A DNA stretch of 64,000 nucleotides from an uncultured Gemmatimonadaceae bacterium (GTDB lineage Bacteria; Gemmatimonadota; Gemmatimonadetes; Gemmatimonadales; Gemmatimonadaceae). Below, one piece after another: positions 1 through 10,266 of the stretch; the stretch's first letter is position 1, and each line of letters opens with the position of its first letter. Where the stretch lies: positions 512,001 to 576,000 of the forward strand of contig CAWFQK010000004.1 of NCBI GenBank assembly GCA_963817955.1, written 5' to 3'. The position numbers were made by a program, and so were the translations under genes. A model generated the notes under the pieces. It saw only the letters and a program-made list of their open reading frames with translations, had not been told where the DNA came from and ran no database searches.

Positions 1-72
1 CAGCAGGAAATCCTGTAGATGCAACGTCGGCGGGATGGGCGGGGTCGAGCGGGCCGGGAGCGATTGGCGCGA

Positions 73-101
73 AAGTTAGTAACCGTGTCGAGTAGAGTCA
101 A
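73..101 (-). promoter_or_regulatory. Candidate sigma70 promoter for a gene left of the window
   Basis: Minus strand TTGACT (96-101), 17-bp spacer, TAACTT (73-78); back-to-back with the rpsT promoter. Confidence 0.5.
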
Positions 102-115
102 AGCGTTATCGCGCC

Positions 116-144
116 TTGACTTTGACAATCCTGAATCCTAGCTT
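116..144 (+). promoter_or_regulatory. Candidate sigma70 promoter of rpsT
   Basis: TTGACT (116-121), 17 bp, TAGCTT (139-144), ~50 bp upstream of the rpsT GTG. Confidence 0.6.
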
Positions 145-194
145 CCAGCCTTCGCGAACACCGCGATTTTCACTGAGATTTTGGAGATTATTTC

Positions 195-422
195 GTGCCG
201 AATATCGCATCCGCCAAGAAGAACATGCGTAAGTCGCGCGCGGCGACCGTGCGCAACCGTGCGCAACGTTCCGCCCTGCGGACTGCCCTGAAAAAGGCGC
301 AAGCGCCTGACGCCGGTGCCGAGGCCAAGCTCGCTGCTACCAAGCTGCTTGATCGCGCCGCTCGGAAGGGGCTGATTCACAAGAACAACGCGGCCCGCAA
401 CAAGAGCAAACTCAGCAAGTAA
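195..422 (+). CDS. rpsT: 30S ribosomal protein S20
   Basis: MPNIASAKKNMRKS...LLDRAARKGLIHKNNAARNKSKL; GGAG RBS upstream. Confidence 0.97.
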   Translation: MPNIASAKKNMRKSRAATVRNRAQRSALRTALKKAQAPDAGAEAKLAATKLLDRAARKGLIHKNNAARNKSKLSK

Positions 423-467
423 CGACTAGGCAGCGACCTAGACACGAGTTGCGAGTGGATCGAATGG

Positions 468-504
468 GACCGGAGCGACGCAGTCGCTCCGGTCTTCCTA
501 TTTT
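468..504 (+). terminator. Intrinsic terminator after rpsT, possibly bidirectional
   Basis: Perfect 12-bp stem GACCGGAGCGAC-GCA-GTCGCTCCGGTC followed by TTCCTATTTT. Confidence 0.75.
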
Positions 505-540
505 CCGCCATCTATCAGCCCGCCCTACAAGCAGCCCGCT

Positions 541-1443
541 CTACAAGGCCGCCAGTTCCGCCCCACAGCGCTCGCAGTACCACTCAGTGGGATAGTTCAT
601 CGAGCCACACTCGTTGCACTTCAGCGTCTTGGATGGCTCGATGGGGCCAGATGTTCGAAGCATGATAGGCGTGTTCGCCGGGACATTCGCCGCCAGAGGC
701 GGCTCCGCTCCAGGCTGCCGCGGCTGACCAAGGCCGGCGAGCAACGACTCGGCCGCGCGCTCCGTGGAACGCAGGGTCGGCTCGGACACGGCGGACGGTT
801 GAGCGGGAAGCGCACTCTCCGATCCCACGCGCACGCCACGCGGCGTTCCGTCTTCGCCGACGACGGTATTCAGGAAGGCCAACTCATCGAACGAACCGCC
901 TGGCGTCTGCTGCGAACGAGTGACCATCGGTTCGTCCTTTTCAGCAACGACTGGTTCAACCGCTGGCTCGCCGGAGGGTGCCGACTCCACCGCCGGGGCC
1001 GCGAGCATGTCTGGCGGCCGATTCTCCAGCAACCCGTCCAGCTCGGCCATGCGACGCTCGAGGCCCTTTCTTTCCCCGTCGAGTTTGTCGAGCGCTTCAT
1101 TGACGACGCGGAACGACTCCTCGGCATCCGTGCCCGATAACTCGCCGACATGCGAACGCAGTTCCAGCTCTGCGCGCTCGTCACGCCGCATCTGCTCCTC
1201 GGCCTGTAGCAATGACAGGCGAGACTGAACACTCGTCCGCTCCTCGTCGATCGCTTGCCGGTACGACGCGATCTGCTCGTCGACGCGCTGCAGCCGGTCA
1301 CGATAGTCCGACTGCACGCGCTCGAACACATGCGCGGGTGTCGACTCGCGACGCGCCTCCAGCGCGGCGAGCCAACCTTCGTAACGCCGCCGCTCATCGA
1401 GCAGCGCCGGGACCTCGTTCAATGAGCGGTTCGAGTCGGTCAT
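541..1443 (-). CDS. Coiled-coil protein with C-terminal zinc ribbon (hypothetical)
   Basis: Long charged helical N-terminus; C-terminal CNECG...WYCERCG; ATGA overlap with upstream gene. Confidence 0.8.
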   Translation of the reverse strand: MTDSNRSLNEVPALLDERRRYEGWLAALEARRESTPAHVFERVQSDYRDRLQRVDEQIASYRQAIDEERTSVQSRLSLLQAEEQMRRDERAELELRSHVGELSGTDAEESFRVVNEALDKLDGERKGLERRMAELDGLLENRPPDMLAAPAVESAPSGEPAVEPVVAEKDEPMVTRSQQTPGGSFDELAFLNTVVGEDGTPRGVRVGSESALPAQPSAVSEPTLRSTERAAESLLAGLGQPRQPGAEPPLAANVPANTPIMLRTSGPIEPSKTLKCNECGSMNYPTEWYCERCGAELAAL

Positions 1444-2087
1444 CGTCTGTCCCCGCGGCGACTATGCAACGCGTGCACGTCCGCCACGCTGAGTTCGTTC
1501 ACATTCCCAAGCGTCCGCGCGGCGAGCAGAATCCGCGCCGCATGCTCCAGACTCTCCATTCGCTGATGCGCCACCTCGAGTGTTGCGCCAACAGTGGTCG
1601 CGCCGTGGTTCGCCATGAGGAATGCATCGTGGTCGCCAAGGTGCGCATCGAAATTCACTGCCAGGGCGTCCGTTCCAGGTGTGGCATAGGGCACCAACGG
1701 CACTTCGCCCATCTGCAAGATAACTTCGGGCAACACCGGCGCCACGAACGACTCGCCCGCGACGGCGAACCCGGTGGCCACGGGCGGGTGCGCGTGGACG
1801 ACCGCCGCCACATCAGCACGGCGCTCGTAGATGTGAAGATGCACGCGTAGCTCGCTCGACGGGCGCCGCGTCCCGCTCACCACCAAGCCGTCCTGCCGGA
1901 CGACGACGAGATCGCCGGACGTGACGTCGACTTTCGACATCCCGCTTGGCGTCACGAGGATAGTGCCGTCGGCGAGACGCACCGAGACGTTGCCGTCGGG
2001 ACCGGCGATGAGGCCACGCTCATAGAGTCGGCGGCACACGCGCACGATGCCGTCCGCCGCATCGGCACGACCGCTCGCATCATTCAC
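1440..2087 (-). CDS. Class II aldolase/adducin family protein
   Basis: GNVSVR, TPSG, PSSE, HAHP and LMANHG motifs; GTG start overlaps pyrC stop. Confidence 0.9.
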   Translation of the reverse strand: MNDASGRADAADGIVRVCRRLYERGLIAGPDGNVSVRLADGTILVTPSGMSKVDVTSGDLVVVRQDGLVVSGTRRPSSELRVHLHIYERRADVAAVVHAHPPVATGFAVAGESFVAPVLPEVILQMGEVPLVPYATPGTDALAVNFDAHLGDHDAFLMANHGATTVGATLEVAHQRMESLEHAARILLAARTLGNVNELSVADVHALHSRRGDRR

Positions 2088-3383
2088 CCGTCGCGGCGAT
2101 GGACGACGCGCCCTCCGACGATCGTCCAGTACGTGCGCCCACGAAGCGTCTGATTGGTGTACGGCGTATTGCGGCCTTTCGACTTGAAGCGCGACGGATC
2201 GACCACCCATTCCGCGTCGGGGTCGAACACGGTGATGTCCGCCGCAGCCCCCATGCGCAGCGTCCCGCCCGGCAACTTGAACACACGCGCCGGCGCGCAC
2301 GACATCCGTTCGATGAGCAGCGGAACGTCGATGATTCCGGGCGCCACGAGCCACGTGAGATTCACGGCGAGCGCGGTTTCCAGGCCGATGATGCCATTTG
2401 GTGCGTCGGCGAATTCACGTTCCTTCTCGTCGTAATGATGCGGCGCATGATCGGTGGCGATGAGATCGATCGTGCCGTCACGTACCGCCTCTTGCAACGC
2501 GGACACATCATCAGCGGTTCGCAACGGCGGATTCATCTTCGCGTTGGTATCGTACCCTTCGACAGCGTCTTCGGTCAGCGAGATGTGATGCGGGCAGACT
2601 TCAGCCGTCACGTTGATTCCCCGCTCCTTGCCCCAGCGAATGAGTTCCACTGATCCACGCGTGCTCATGTGGCAGAGGTGGATGTGGCCGCCGGTGCGCC
2701 GCGCCAGGAGGATGTCGCGAATGGCCATGATCTCTTCGGCCTCCGCTGGAATCCCCTTGAGCCCCAGGCGGGCGCTCACCAGGCCTTCGTTCATCGCGCC
2801 GCCTTGAGCGAGCGTCGGCTCCTCGCAGTGATCGGCAACGGGAATACCGAACGTCCGCGCATACTCGAGTGCGGTCCGCATCAGCTGCGCGCTCACGACC
2901 GGCTTGCCGTCGTCGCTCACCGCCACGGCGCCGGCGGCCACCATCTCGCCGAATTCCGCGAGCGCGTCACCGCGCTGGCCAATCGAGATCGCGCCGATGG
3001 GATACACGCGCGCCGCATTCGCGCTCTGCGATTGTCGAATAATGAAGCCCACCGCCGCCTGATTGTCCGTCACCGGGTCGGTGTTGGGCATGGCACACAC
3101 GGCGGTGAAGCCGCCAGCCGCCGCGGCGCGCGCGCCGCTCGCGATCGTCTCCACTTCCTCGCGTCCCGGTTCGCGCAGATGGCAGTGCACATCCATGAAG
3201 CCCGGGTGACACCACGAGCCCCGCGCAGTCAAGGACCTCGATGTCGTCAGAGACAGAAACGTCCGTCTCATGCCGCATGAGCGACGCAATGACGCCGTTC
3301 TCGACGAGCAGGTCGGCCACGGCGTCGTGGGACTGCGATGGATCGACGACGCGGCCGCCGCGGAGCAGGAGCGCCCGACTCAT
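2084..3383 (-). CDS. pyrC: Dihydroorotase, one apparent +1 frameshift near 3200-3206
   Basis: N-terminus [15 protein letters not shown] in one frame continues as [14 protein letters not shown]...ATDHAPH in another; removing one extra base restores the frame. Confidence 0.92.
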
Positions 3384-4347
3384 CGCTCGCCTCCCGACTT
3401 CTTGGCGGCTTCGGCCAATTCCGGCCGTCCGCCGGAGAGGAGATAGAGCACGGCCATTCGAATCGCCACGCCGTTCGTCACTTGATTCAGAATCACGCTG
3501 AAGGGTCCGTCGGCCACATCGGAGTCGATCTCGACACCGCGATTCATTGGGCCGGGGTGGAGAATGAGGATGTCGTGCGGTGCGCGGTCAAGCCGTTCGC
3601 GCGACACGCCGAACACGCGATTGTATTCGCGCAGCGAGGGGATATACCCCGCGGTCATGCGCTCGAGTTGGAGGCGCAGGATGTTCAGCGCGTCGGCCCA
3701 CTCGATCGCCTCCTCGACGCGGTCGAACACGGTCACGCCCGAGGTCGTCGATCGCGTTCGGCAGGAGCGACCGCGGTCCGCACACTCCTACCTGAGCGCC
3801 CATCTTGGTGAGCCCCCAGATGTTCGACCGCGCCACGCGTGAGTGGAGCACGTCGCCGCACGATGCAGACCTTGACACCATCGAGCCGGCCGAAATGATC
3901 GCGAAGGGTGAGCAGATCGAGCAGTCCCTGCGTGGGATGCTCGTGCGTGCCGTCGCCGGCGTTGATGACATTCGACTCGATGCGCTCGGCCAGAAACTGG
4001 GCCGCGCCGGAGGCGCCATGGCGGATGACCACCATGTCGATCCGCATCGCCTCGAGGTTCCGCGCCGTGTCGACCAGTGTCTCGCCCTTGGACACACTGG
4101 AGCCCGACGCGGCGACGTTCACCGTGTCGGCCGACAACCGCTTCTCGGCGAACTCGAACGAGACGCGGGTGCGGGTCGACGCCTCGAAGAACAGATTGAC
4201 GATCGTCGCACCGCGCAGCGTCGGCACCTTCTTGATCGCCCGCTCGCTGATTTCCTTGAATGGCTCGGCAGTGTCGAGGATCAGCTTGATCTGCTCGCCG
4301 CTCAACGGCTCGAGCCCAAGAAGGTCCTTGCCAAGCGATAACGTCAC
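3380..4347 (-). CDS. pyrB: Aspartate carbamoyltransferase catalytic subunit, two apparent +1 frameshifts (~3860, ~3739)
   Basis: [31 protein letters not shown] and HPGPMNRG distributed over three frames. Confidence 0.92.
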
Positions 4348-4895
4348 GTCACGACCTCACGCTCGGTCATGACCGCGCCGTTCTTTCCGTCCAGTTCCTC
4401 CACGAGCACGTCAACCCGTTGCATGGCGTCGGCGACGATCGTCTTGCCGACGATATCGGGCTGGATGGGTAGTTCGCGGCCGCCGCGATCGATCAGCACG
4501 GCGAGCGCGATGCGCTTCGGTCGGCCGAAATCCGCCAGTTCGTCGAGCGCCGCGCGAATCGTGCGTCCCGTGTAGAGGACGTCGTCGACGATCACCACAC
4601 GGAGCCCGTCGATGTCGACGGGAATCTGCGTTTGGCCGACGAGCGGTCGCGGCCCGACCGTCTGAAGGTCGTCGCGATAGAGCGTAATGTCCAACGCGCC
4701 TCGCGGCACCTGAACCTTCTCTCGCTCGGCGATGGTCGATACGATGCGCGCCGCGAGCTGAACGCCGCGGCGCTGAATGCCGACGATAACGAGACCGTCC
4801 GTGCCGTTGTTTAGCTCGACGATCTCGTCGGCCATGCGCCGGAGCGTTCGGTCAAACGCGCGCGCATCGAGGATCGTGGATTGTTTCGCTGCCAT
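4344..4895 (-). CDS. pyrR: Bifunctional pyr operon regulator/uracil phosphoribosyltransferase
   Basis: [34 protein letters not shown]; first gene of pyrR-pyrB-pyrC. Confidence 0.95.
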   Translation of the reverse strand: MAAKQSTILDARAFDRTLRRMADEIVELNNGTDGLVIVGIQRRGVQLAARIVSTIAEREKVQVPRGALDITLYRDDLQTVGPRPLVGQTQIPVDIDGLRVVIVDDVLYTGRTIRAALDELADFGRPKRIALAVLIDRGGRELPIQPDIVGKTIVADAMQRVDVLVEELDGKNGAVMTEREVVT

Positions 4896-5056
4896 AGTTG
4901 CAGCGGAATATGACGGTGTCCGGCGCGCCGGGCAACTCGCGGCGCCACGCGCCAGTTCGGCTCTACCGCAACGATAGACGGCACCGACTGCCGGACGCCT
5001 GGCGCATGGGACAGATTCAACTGGTGCCGTACCGCAGCCGCCCCCCTCAGACTCTC

Positions 5057-8000
5057 ATGATGCAGCCGCTCACGATCGACACGTATACGCGCCAGTCGCT
5101 CGTCCAGCGCCTGCTCGGCGAGCCGATGTTCGTCGAGGCCACGCACGGCGTCCTCGGGGCGTTGGCGGTCGCAATGCTCTGGAACGCTGCACCGCACACG
5201 CTCCTGCTCACCTGGGTCTTTGCGCTCGATGCCGCGACGGTCGCGCGCTATTATCTGCGCCGCTATTACGCCACGAGACAGACGTCGGTGGTCGCTGTTC
5301 CCGGTCTGCTCCGCATCGCCATCGTCGTCGTCGGCCTCTGTTGGGGTATCGGAGCCTTCACGCTGGCGCCGATCATTCCGAACGTTGACCTCGCGCTATT
5401 GATGGTGATCATGTGCGGCGTATGCGCGGCGGGAACGGCGTCGTTGCTCGCTGACCGAGCGACCTACCGCGGCTTTCTCGTCGCCATGCTGGCGCCGCTC
5501 GCCCTCGGCATGCTGCGGACGCAGCACATGCACGACGACATGCTCGCGCTGGCCATGGTGGTATTGTTTGGCGCCGGCATGCTGATGCTGCATGGGAACG
5601 TCCAAGAGATCCTCATCGACCTCATTCGCACGACGTTCACGGTCCAATCCACGGCGGCCGTCGCGGCGCGCGAGCGGGAGTTCCTGGAGAGTCTCATTCA
5701 GACCGCCCCGTCAGCCGTGGCCGTGACGGACGCGAGCGAGCGTCTCACGCGCATCAACCCAGCGTTCGAGTCCATGTTCGGCTATTCGCCCGAGGAAGCG
5801 ATTGGGCGCCGCATCGAGGAGCTCATTGTGCCCGCAGACGATCGCGAGGCGTTTCGGGTGCTTCGCGAGCACGTGGTGGCCGGCGGGACGATCGACGGAG
5901 AACGCGTACGCCACGCAAAGAGCGGCCAATTGCTCCATGTACGAGCAGCGGCCTCGCCGCTGGCTGGCGCGGGAGGAACGCTCATCCTGTACTCCGATAT
6001 CACTGAACAGAAGATCGCGGAACGCCACATCCGCGAGAGCGAAGATCGGCTCTTCCGAACGCTCGATAGTCTGCCAGCCGGCATTGTGGTCGTCGGCGTT
6101 GACGGCAGTGCTCTCCTTGCCAACGCACGCGCGCGGGACCTTCTCGGCCCAGGCATCGCATCCGGTCCATCCGGCGATGATCTCGCGTGCACGTATCAGG
6201 CGTGTGTCGCCGGCACCGACCGCGTCTACCCGTCCGAGCGAAACCCACTGCTACGCGCTCTGCACGGCGAACGTGTGGTCATCGACGACATGGAGATTCG
6301 GCGGCCCGGCGGGTCGATCATCGTAGAGGTATCGGGTTCCCCGATCACGGACTCCGAAGGCGACGTGGTGTTTGGCGTCGCCACGTTCTCCGACATCACC
6401 GAACGCCAGAGGCTCGAGCGTCGCAACGCCGCCCGCAATGCCGTGGTTGCCGTCCTCGCCGAAGCAACCGATGAATCGTCGATCATCGCAGGGATGTTGC
6501 ACGCCGTCTGCGAAGAGCTCGGGTGGGATATCGGCAGCATGTGGCATGTCGATGCGGCAACGGAACTCCTGCGCAACGCCGGCTTTTGGTGCAGACCAGG
6601 ATTCGATGCCGGCGAGTCCGAGGCCTTCATGCGCACGCAGTCATACGCGCGTGGTGTCGGCCTCGCCGGGTGCGTGTTGGCAGACCCGCGTCCGCTATGG
6701 GTTGAAGACTTGTCGGTTCACGAACCGCCATTCGTGCGTGCCGCCGCGGCAACGCATCTGCGCGCCGCGCTCGGCTTGCCGGTACGCGTTGCCGGCGCGA
6801 TCGTCGGAGTGATCGAGCTCTTTAGCGCCGAGGCGCGCCCGGAGGACGGTGCGATGATCGAAATGTTGGCCGCGATCGCTTCGCAGGTGGGAAATGCCGT
6901 CGAACGCCGTCGGGCGGAAGTGGCGTTGCGCGAAGCACGTGACGCCGCCGAGCAGGCGACCACCGCAAAAAGCGCGTTTCTCGCACACATGAGCCACGAG
7001 ATTCGCACTCCGCTGAATGGCATTCTCGGCATGGCCGAGCTGTTGCTCGATGGCTCGCTCACCGCTGATGACCGGCGCGGCGTGGAGTTGATTGCCACCT
7101 CCGGCGAGTCGCTCCTCGCCATCATCGACGCCATCCTCGATTTCTCGAAGATCGAAGCAGAGCAGCTGACGCTCGAGGTGAGCGAATTTGAGCTCCCCGT
7201 ACTGATCGAATCGAGTACCGATCTGATGGCGACTCGCGCGGCGAACACCGCGACCGAAGTATTCATCGACGTCGACCCGTCCACGCCGAGATTCGTGATC
7301 GGCGATCCGACACGCTTGCGTCAGGTGTTGAACAACCTGATCGGCAACGCGATCAAGTTCACCCCACGTGGCAACGTCGTCGTACGCGCGACCCGCGGCA
7401 GCAGCCGGGATGACGTCGCGGACATCATGTTCAGCGTGCGCGACACCGGAATCGGAATCCAGCCGGATCAACTCGCGTCGATCTTCGAGCCCTTTCGGCA
7501 GGCGGATGCGTCGACGACGCGAAAGTTCGGCGGCACAGGGCTGGGTCTTTCGATCTGTCGGCGGCTCGTGATGCTCATGGGGGGCGATCTGCAAGTGCAC
7601 AGCACGCCGGGGGCCGGGAGCAACTTCACCTTCACCCTGCCCCTGCGACTACCGCCGCGTGTGACCACACCGCGGTCGCCGAGGTCGGTCGCGCGACCCA
7701 GAATCGAACGCGCCGCCACCGCGCGCCGCGTGCTCCTCGCCGAAGACAACGCGGTGAATCAGGAAGTAGCCTCTCGTATGCTGCGGCGGCGCGGCCATGT
7801 GGTCGACATCGTGGGGAACGGGCGTGAGGCGGTCGAGGCCGTGGCCCGCGGCGTGTACGACGTCGTCCTGATGGACGTGCAGATGCCCGAGCTTGACGGG
7901 CTGCAGGCGACGCGAGCGATTCGCACAGACGCGCCCGCAGGCCGACCGCGCATCATCGCCGTCACAGCGAACGCAACCAGCGCCGAACGCGACCGATGCC

Positions 8001-8461
8001 TAGCTGCGGGGATGGACGGTTATCTGTCCAAGCCGTTCCGCCCAGCGGATCTGTTCGCAGCCGTGGAGACGGGCGACGTCGAGGCGCTGCCGACCGCGAC
8101 GCCAGAGTTGGAGATGTCTGAGGCTGCCATCGACCTCGACGCCCTGCAAGCCGACCTCGCGGCGGCACAGGTGGCGGACATTCTTCCGGAACTCTTGGAA
8201 AGCTTCGAGCGAGACGCTCCGTGCCGCTTGGAGGCGCTCGAGCGTGCGGTGGCGGCCGGAGACGCCGCGGAAATCGAGCGCACCGCCCACGCATACAAAT
8301 CGCCGAGCTCGACGATCTACGCGCGGCCCTTAGCCACGCTGCTTGGCCAGATCGAGGCAACCGCCAGCCGGCAGGACTCGACAGGATTGCCGGCGTTACT
8401 CGTGGCGGTGCAGAACGAGTCGAGGCGCGTCAGCTTGTTGCTCAGCGCCCGGAGGATCTAG
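5057..8461 (+). CDS. Membrane-bound hybrid histidine kinase (TM-PAS-PAS-GAF-HisKA-HATPase-REC-Hpt); start uncertain
   Basis: Hydrophobic N-terminus; PAS ends YSDITEQK and FSDITERQ; H-box FLAHMSHEIRTPLNG; GGTGLGL; REC DVVLMDVQMP; Hpt AHAYKS. Confidence 0.92.
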   Translation: MMQPLTIDTYTRQSLVQRLLGEPMFVEATHGVLGALAVAMLWNAAPHTLLLTWVFALDAATVARYYLRRYYATRQTSVVAVPGLLRIAIVVVGLCWGIGAFTLAPIIPNVDLALLMVIMCGVCAAGTASLLADRATYRGFLVAMLAPLALGMLRTQHMHDDMLALAMVVLFGAGMLMLHGNVQEILIDLIRTTFTVQSTAAVAAREREFLESLIQTAPSAVAVTDASERLTRINPAFESMFGYSPEEAIGRRIEELIVPADDREAFRVLREHVVAGGTIDGERVRHAKSGQLLHVRAAASPLAGAGGTLILYSDITEQKIAERHIRESEDRLFRTLDSLPAGIVVVGVDGSALLANARARDLLGPGIASGPSGDDLACTYQACVAGTDRVYPSERNPLLRALHGERVVIDDMEIRRPGGSIIVEVSGSPITDSEGDVVFGVATFSDITERQRLERRNAARNAVVAVLAEATDESSIIAGMLHAVCEELGWDIGSMWHVDAATELLRNAGFWCRPGFDAGESEAFMRTQSYARGVGLAGCVLADPRPLWVEDLSVHEPPFVRAAAATHLRAALGLPVRVAGAIVGVIELFSAEARPEDGAMIEMLAAIASQVGNAVERRRAEVALREARDAAEQATTAKSAFLAHMSHEIRTPLNGILGMAELLLDGSLTADDRRGVELIATSGESLLAIIDAILDFSKIEAEQLTLEVSEFELPVLIESSTDLMATRAANTATEVFIDVDPSTPRFVIGDPTRLRQVLNNLIGNAIKFTPRGNVVVRATRGSSRDDVADIMFSVRDTGIGIQPDQLASIFEPFRQADASTTRKFGGTGLGLSICRRLVMLMGGDLQVHSTPGAGSNFTFTLPLRLPPRVTTPRSPRSVARPRIERAATARRVLLAEDNAVNQEVASRMLRRRGHVVDIVGNGREAVEAVARGVYDVVLMDVQMPELDGLQATRAIRTDAPAGRPRIIAVTANATSAERDRCLAAGMDGYLSKPFRPADLFAAVETGDVEALPTATPELEMSEAAIDLDALQADLAAAQVADILPELLESFERDAPCRLEALERAVAAGDAAEIERTAHAYKSPSSTIYARPLATLLGQIEATASRQDSTGLPALLVAVQNESRRVSLLLSARRI

Positions 8462-8562
8462 CCGCGCTAGCGCTGCTCAAGGACTGGCGCGACATTTTCG
8501 ACGCATACCCGCTGCCGGCCTCGGTGACTATCATACGTTCTGGTGCTCTCTACGGATGGCCG

Positions 8563-8802
8563 TCAGTGCCACCGCGCCATGGATGCCGCCGTGCCGCCTT
8601 GCGCGATCGCGCGGCCAGCTTCCATACGAGGCGAAGGCGAATCTGAAAAGACCGTTCCGGACACGTTCGCGAGAAGGCCGAGCATGATTTCGCCCTGGTG
8701 CGAGAGGCTCTGCGACGCCAATACGAGCGAATGGAGGATCGCGCCGACCGACACGAGTCCGAGCGTGAGCCGCCGCCGAAGCTGCCAGCCCTTCGCCTTC
8801 AT
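8563..8802 (-). CDS. Small membrane protein, possibly frameshifted
   Basis: Basic N-terminus then two hydrophobic stretches; C-terminal frame uncertain. Confidence 0.35.
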   Translation of the reverse strand: MKAKGWQLRRRLTLGLVSVGAILHSLVLASQSLSHQGEIMLGLLANVSGTVFSDSPSPRMEAGRAIAQGGTAASMARWH

Positions 8803-9059
8803 CCCGGCGGTGTCGCGGGCTGCATCTACGCGAACGAAGTACTCCTTGAGACAACATCGGCTTCAATGCCGGGAAGGCCGACTCCGAACTCTCCGGCATT
8901 TCTCGTGGAGCGTGACGTTCGTCTCCAGCCTGCGGCCGGAGCGCCGACACGTGACAGGGATCCGTGTGGCTGGCCATTGATGGCCGGCAGCGCGACCTTG
9001 GTCTATGGATTCGGCTCTGCGTGATACGCGGTGTCGCCTCGCCCTAGTCTCACGATAGC

Positions 9060-9494
9060 ACCGGTTCCTTGTTGGGCTTAGGGTTGAGATCCCATCACGA
9101 CCATGGCGATGCAGCGGTAGGCAGGGTCAGCAGTGGGAACCTGGCGGATACGAGAGCGACGACGTTTCTCGTATTGAGTGTGACCGCCCATTCGGTTCTG
9201 CGCATTTCCCTCGCCGTTGTGAGGTTGCTTAGCATAATCTTCGCACAACTTGGGGTACAAGAAATGCGATAATGACGTGATAGCGTTAATGATCGGCATG
9301 GGCCGCTCGGGCCTCATAGATTCGCAGCCACCTCGATTTGACCGGGGCGGGTATCCACGAACCGAGCACGGATCTCGAACTCGCCAACCGACCCGCGTTA
9401 CTGGAACAGTAATCAATGGCTGCGTAATGGGAAGTCGATGCGCCATCGGCGCTTGCATCCAGGTCAGACCAGGAAGGGCTTGGGCTCCGTTTGA
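9060..9494 (+). pseudogene. Possible degraded membrane-protein gene
   Basis: Hydrophobic fragments in several frames (TTFLVLSVTAHSVLRISLAVVRLLSIIF; DVIALMIGMG); one frame ends in a TGATG overlap with the next start. Confidence 0.25.
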
Positions 9495-10031
9495 TGCCTA
9501 ACCGATCGTGGCTCATCGCGGCAGTCGTTCTTCTCGCCATCGGGCTCGTCCTCGGCATGCGTACCGCGCCCAAGGGCATGCGCCGGTGCGCGCCGTTGTC
9601 GGTCATGAATCAGGGGCGCTCCTGTTCGCACGAATCGCGGCGAACAATTTGTTTGCCGGAACGCTTCTGGTGCTGGGGCTCTATACGGCCGGTGTCAGCG
9701 CCGTGGCTGCCCTGATTGTCAACGGGTTCAAAATCGCGCGCCTGCTTGTCCTGCTCCAAACCAGCGGTGCCACCGCATTCGATATTGTCGCGATGCTCGG
9801 ATTGCACGGCGTGATCGAGTTCCCTGTGCTCATTATCGCAGGCGCGTTCGGCTTGCAAGGCTACCAACGCTTCGTCATAGCATTTGTCAGTCGCGATCGA
9901 GGCGCGAAGTGACGCGCGTGCTCGACTGGCGAACCGCGTGCTTCCTCGGTGCGGCATTGGTGTTGGCTGCAGCGATCGAGACGTGGATTTCACAGCCCGT
10001 AGCAGCACACATTTTGTCGGCGGGACGCTAG
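9494..10031 (+). pseudogene. SpoIIM/DUF95-family membrane protein with two -1 frameshifts
   Basis: Three successive frames give MPNRSWLIAAVVLLAIGLVLG, LFARIAANNL...NGF...LHGVIEFPVLIIAGAFG and LVLAAAIETWIS: the NN, HGxxE and AAxIE motifs of SpoIIM in order. Confidence 0.7.
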
Positions 10032-10055
10032 CAACACAGGAGCACGAGTGAAATA

Positions 10056-10087
10056 GAAAAGACGGACATGGCGTCCGCCCTTTCTTC
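10056..10087. terminator. Imperfect bidirectional terminator between convergent genes
   Basis: GAAAAGA-CGGAC-ATGGC-GTCCG-CCCTTTCTTC. Confidence 0.4.
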
Positions 10088-10265
10088 ATGCTAGTTCGCC
10101 CCTATCACGTCGTTGAAACATCATCACGCCGACGATGAGCAGTACGACTCCTGCGAGGTCTGCCATCAAATGCACCGCAGGCTGGGAGATCGGCCCGAAC
10201 GACGCTATGGCGAACTCAGCCCCCAACGCTATCGAGCCCCACGCGTTAGGGCGGAGGCGTGGCAC
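10086..10265 (-). CDS. Small two-TM membrane protein (immunity-like)
   Basis: GTG 1 nt after the upstream stop; 59 aa with two hydrophobic helices (AWGSIALGAEFAIASF; LAGVVLLIVGVMMF) and a charged tail. Confidence 0.55.
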   Translation of the reverse strand: MPRLRPNAWGSIALGAEFAIASFGPISQPAVHLMADLAGVVLLIVGVMMFQRRDRGELA

Positions 10266-10266
10266 G

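Noticed and set aside
4896..5056. PyrR attenuator leader
   Set aside because: No recognisable PyrR-binding loop or terminator in the short divergent intergenic region
8620..8650. Duplicated tRNA 3' end marking the left island border
   Set aside because: Only a 7-bp match (GAGGCGA), expected by chance
9910..9912. TGA read-through in the SpoIIM-like ORF
   Set aside because: The in-frame continuation is not protein-like; the expected AAxIE helix is in the -1 frame
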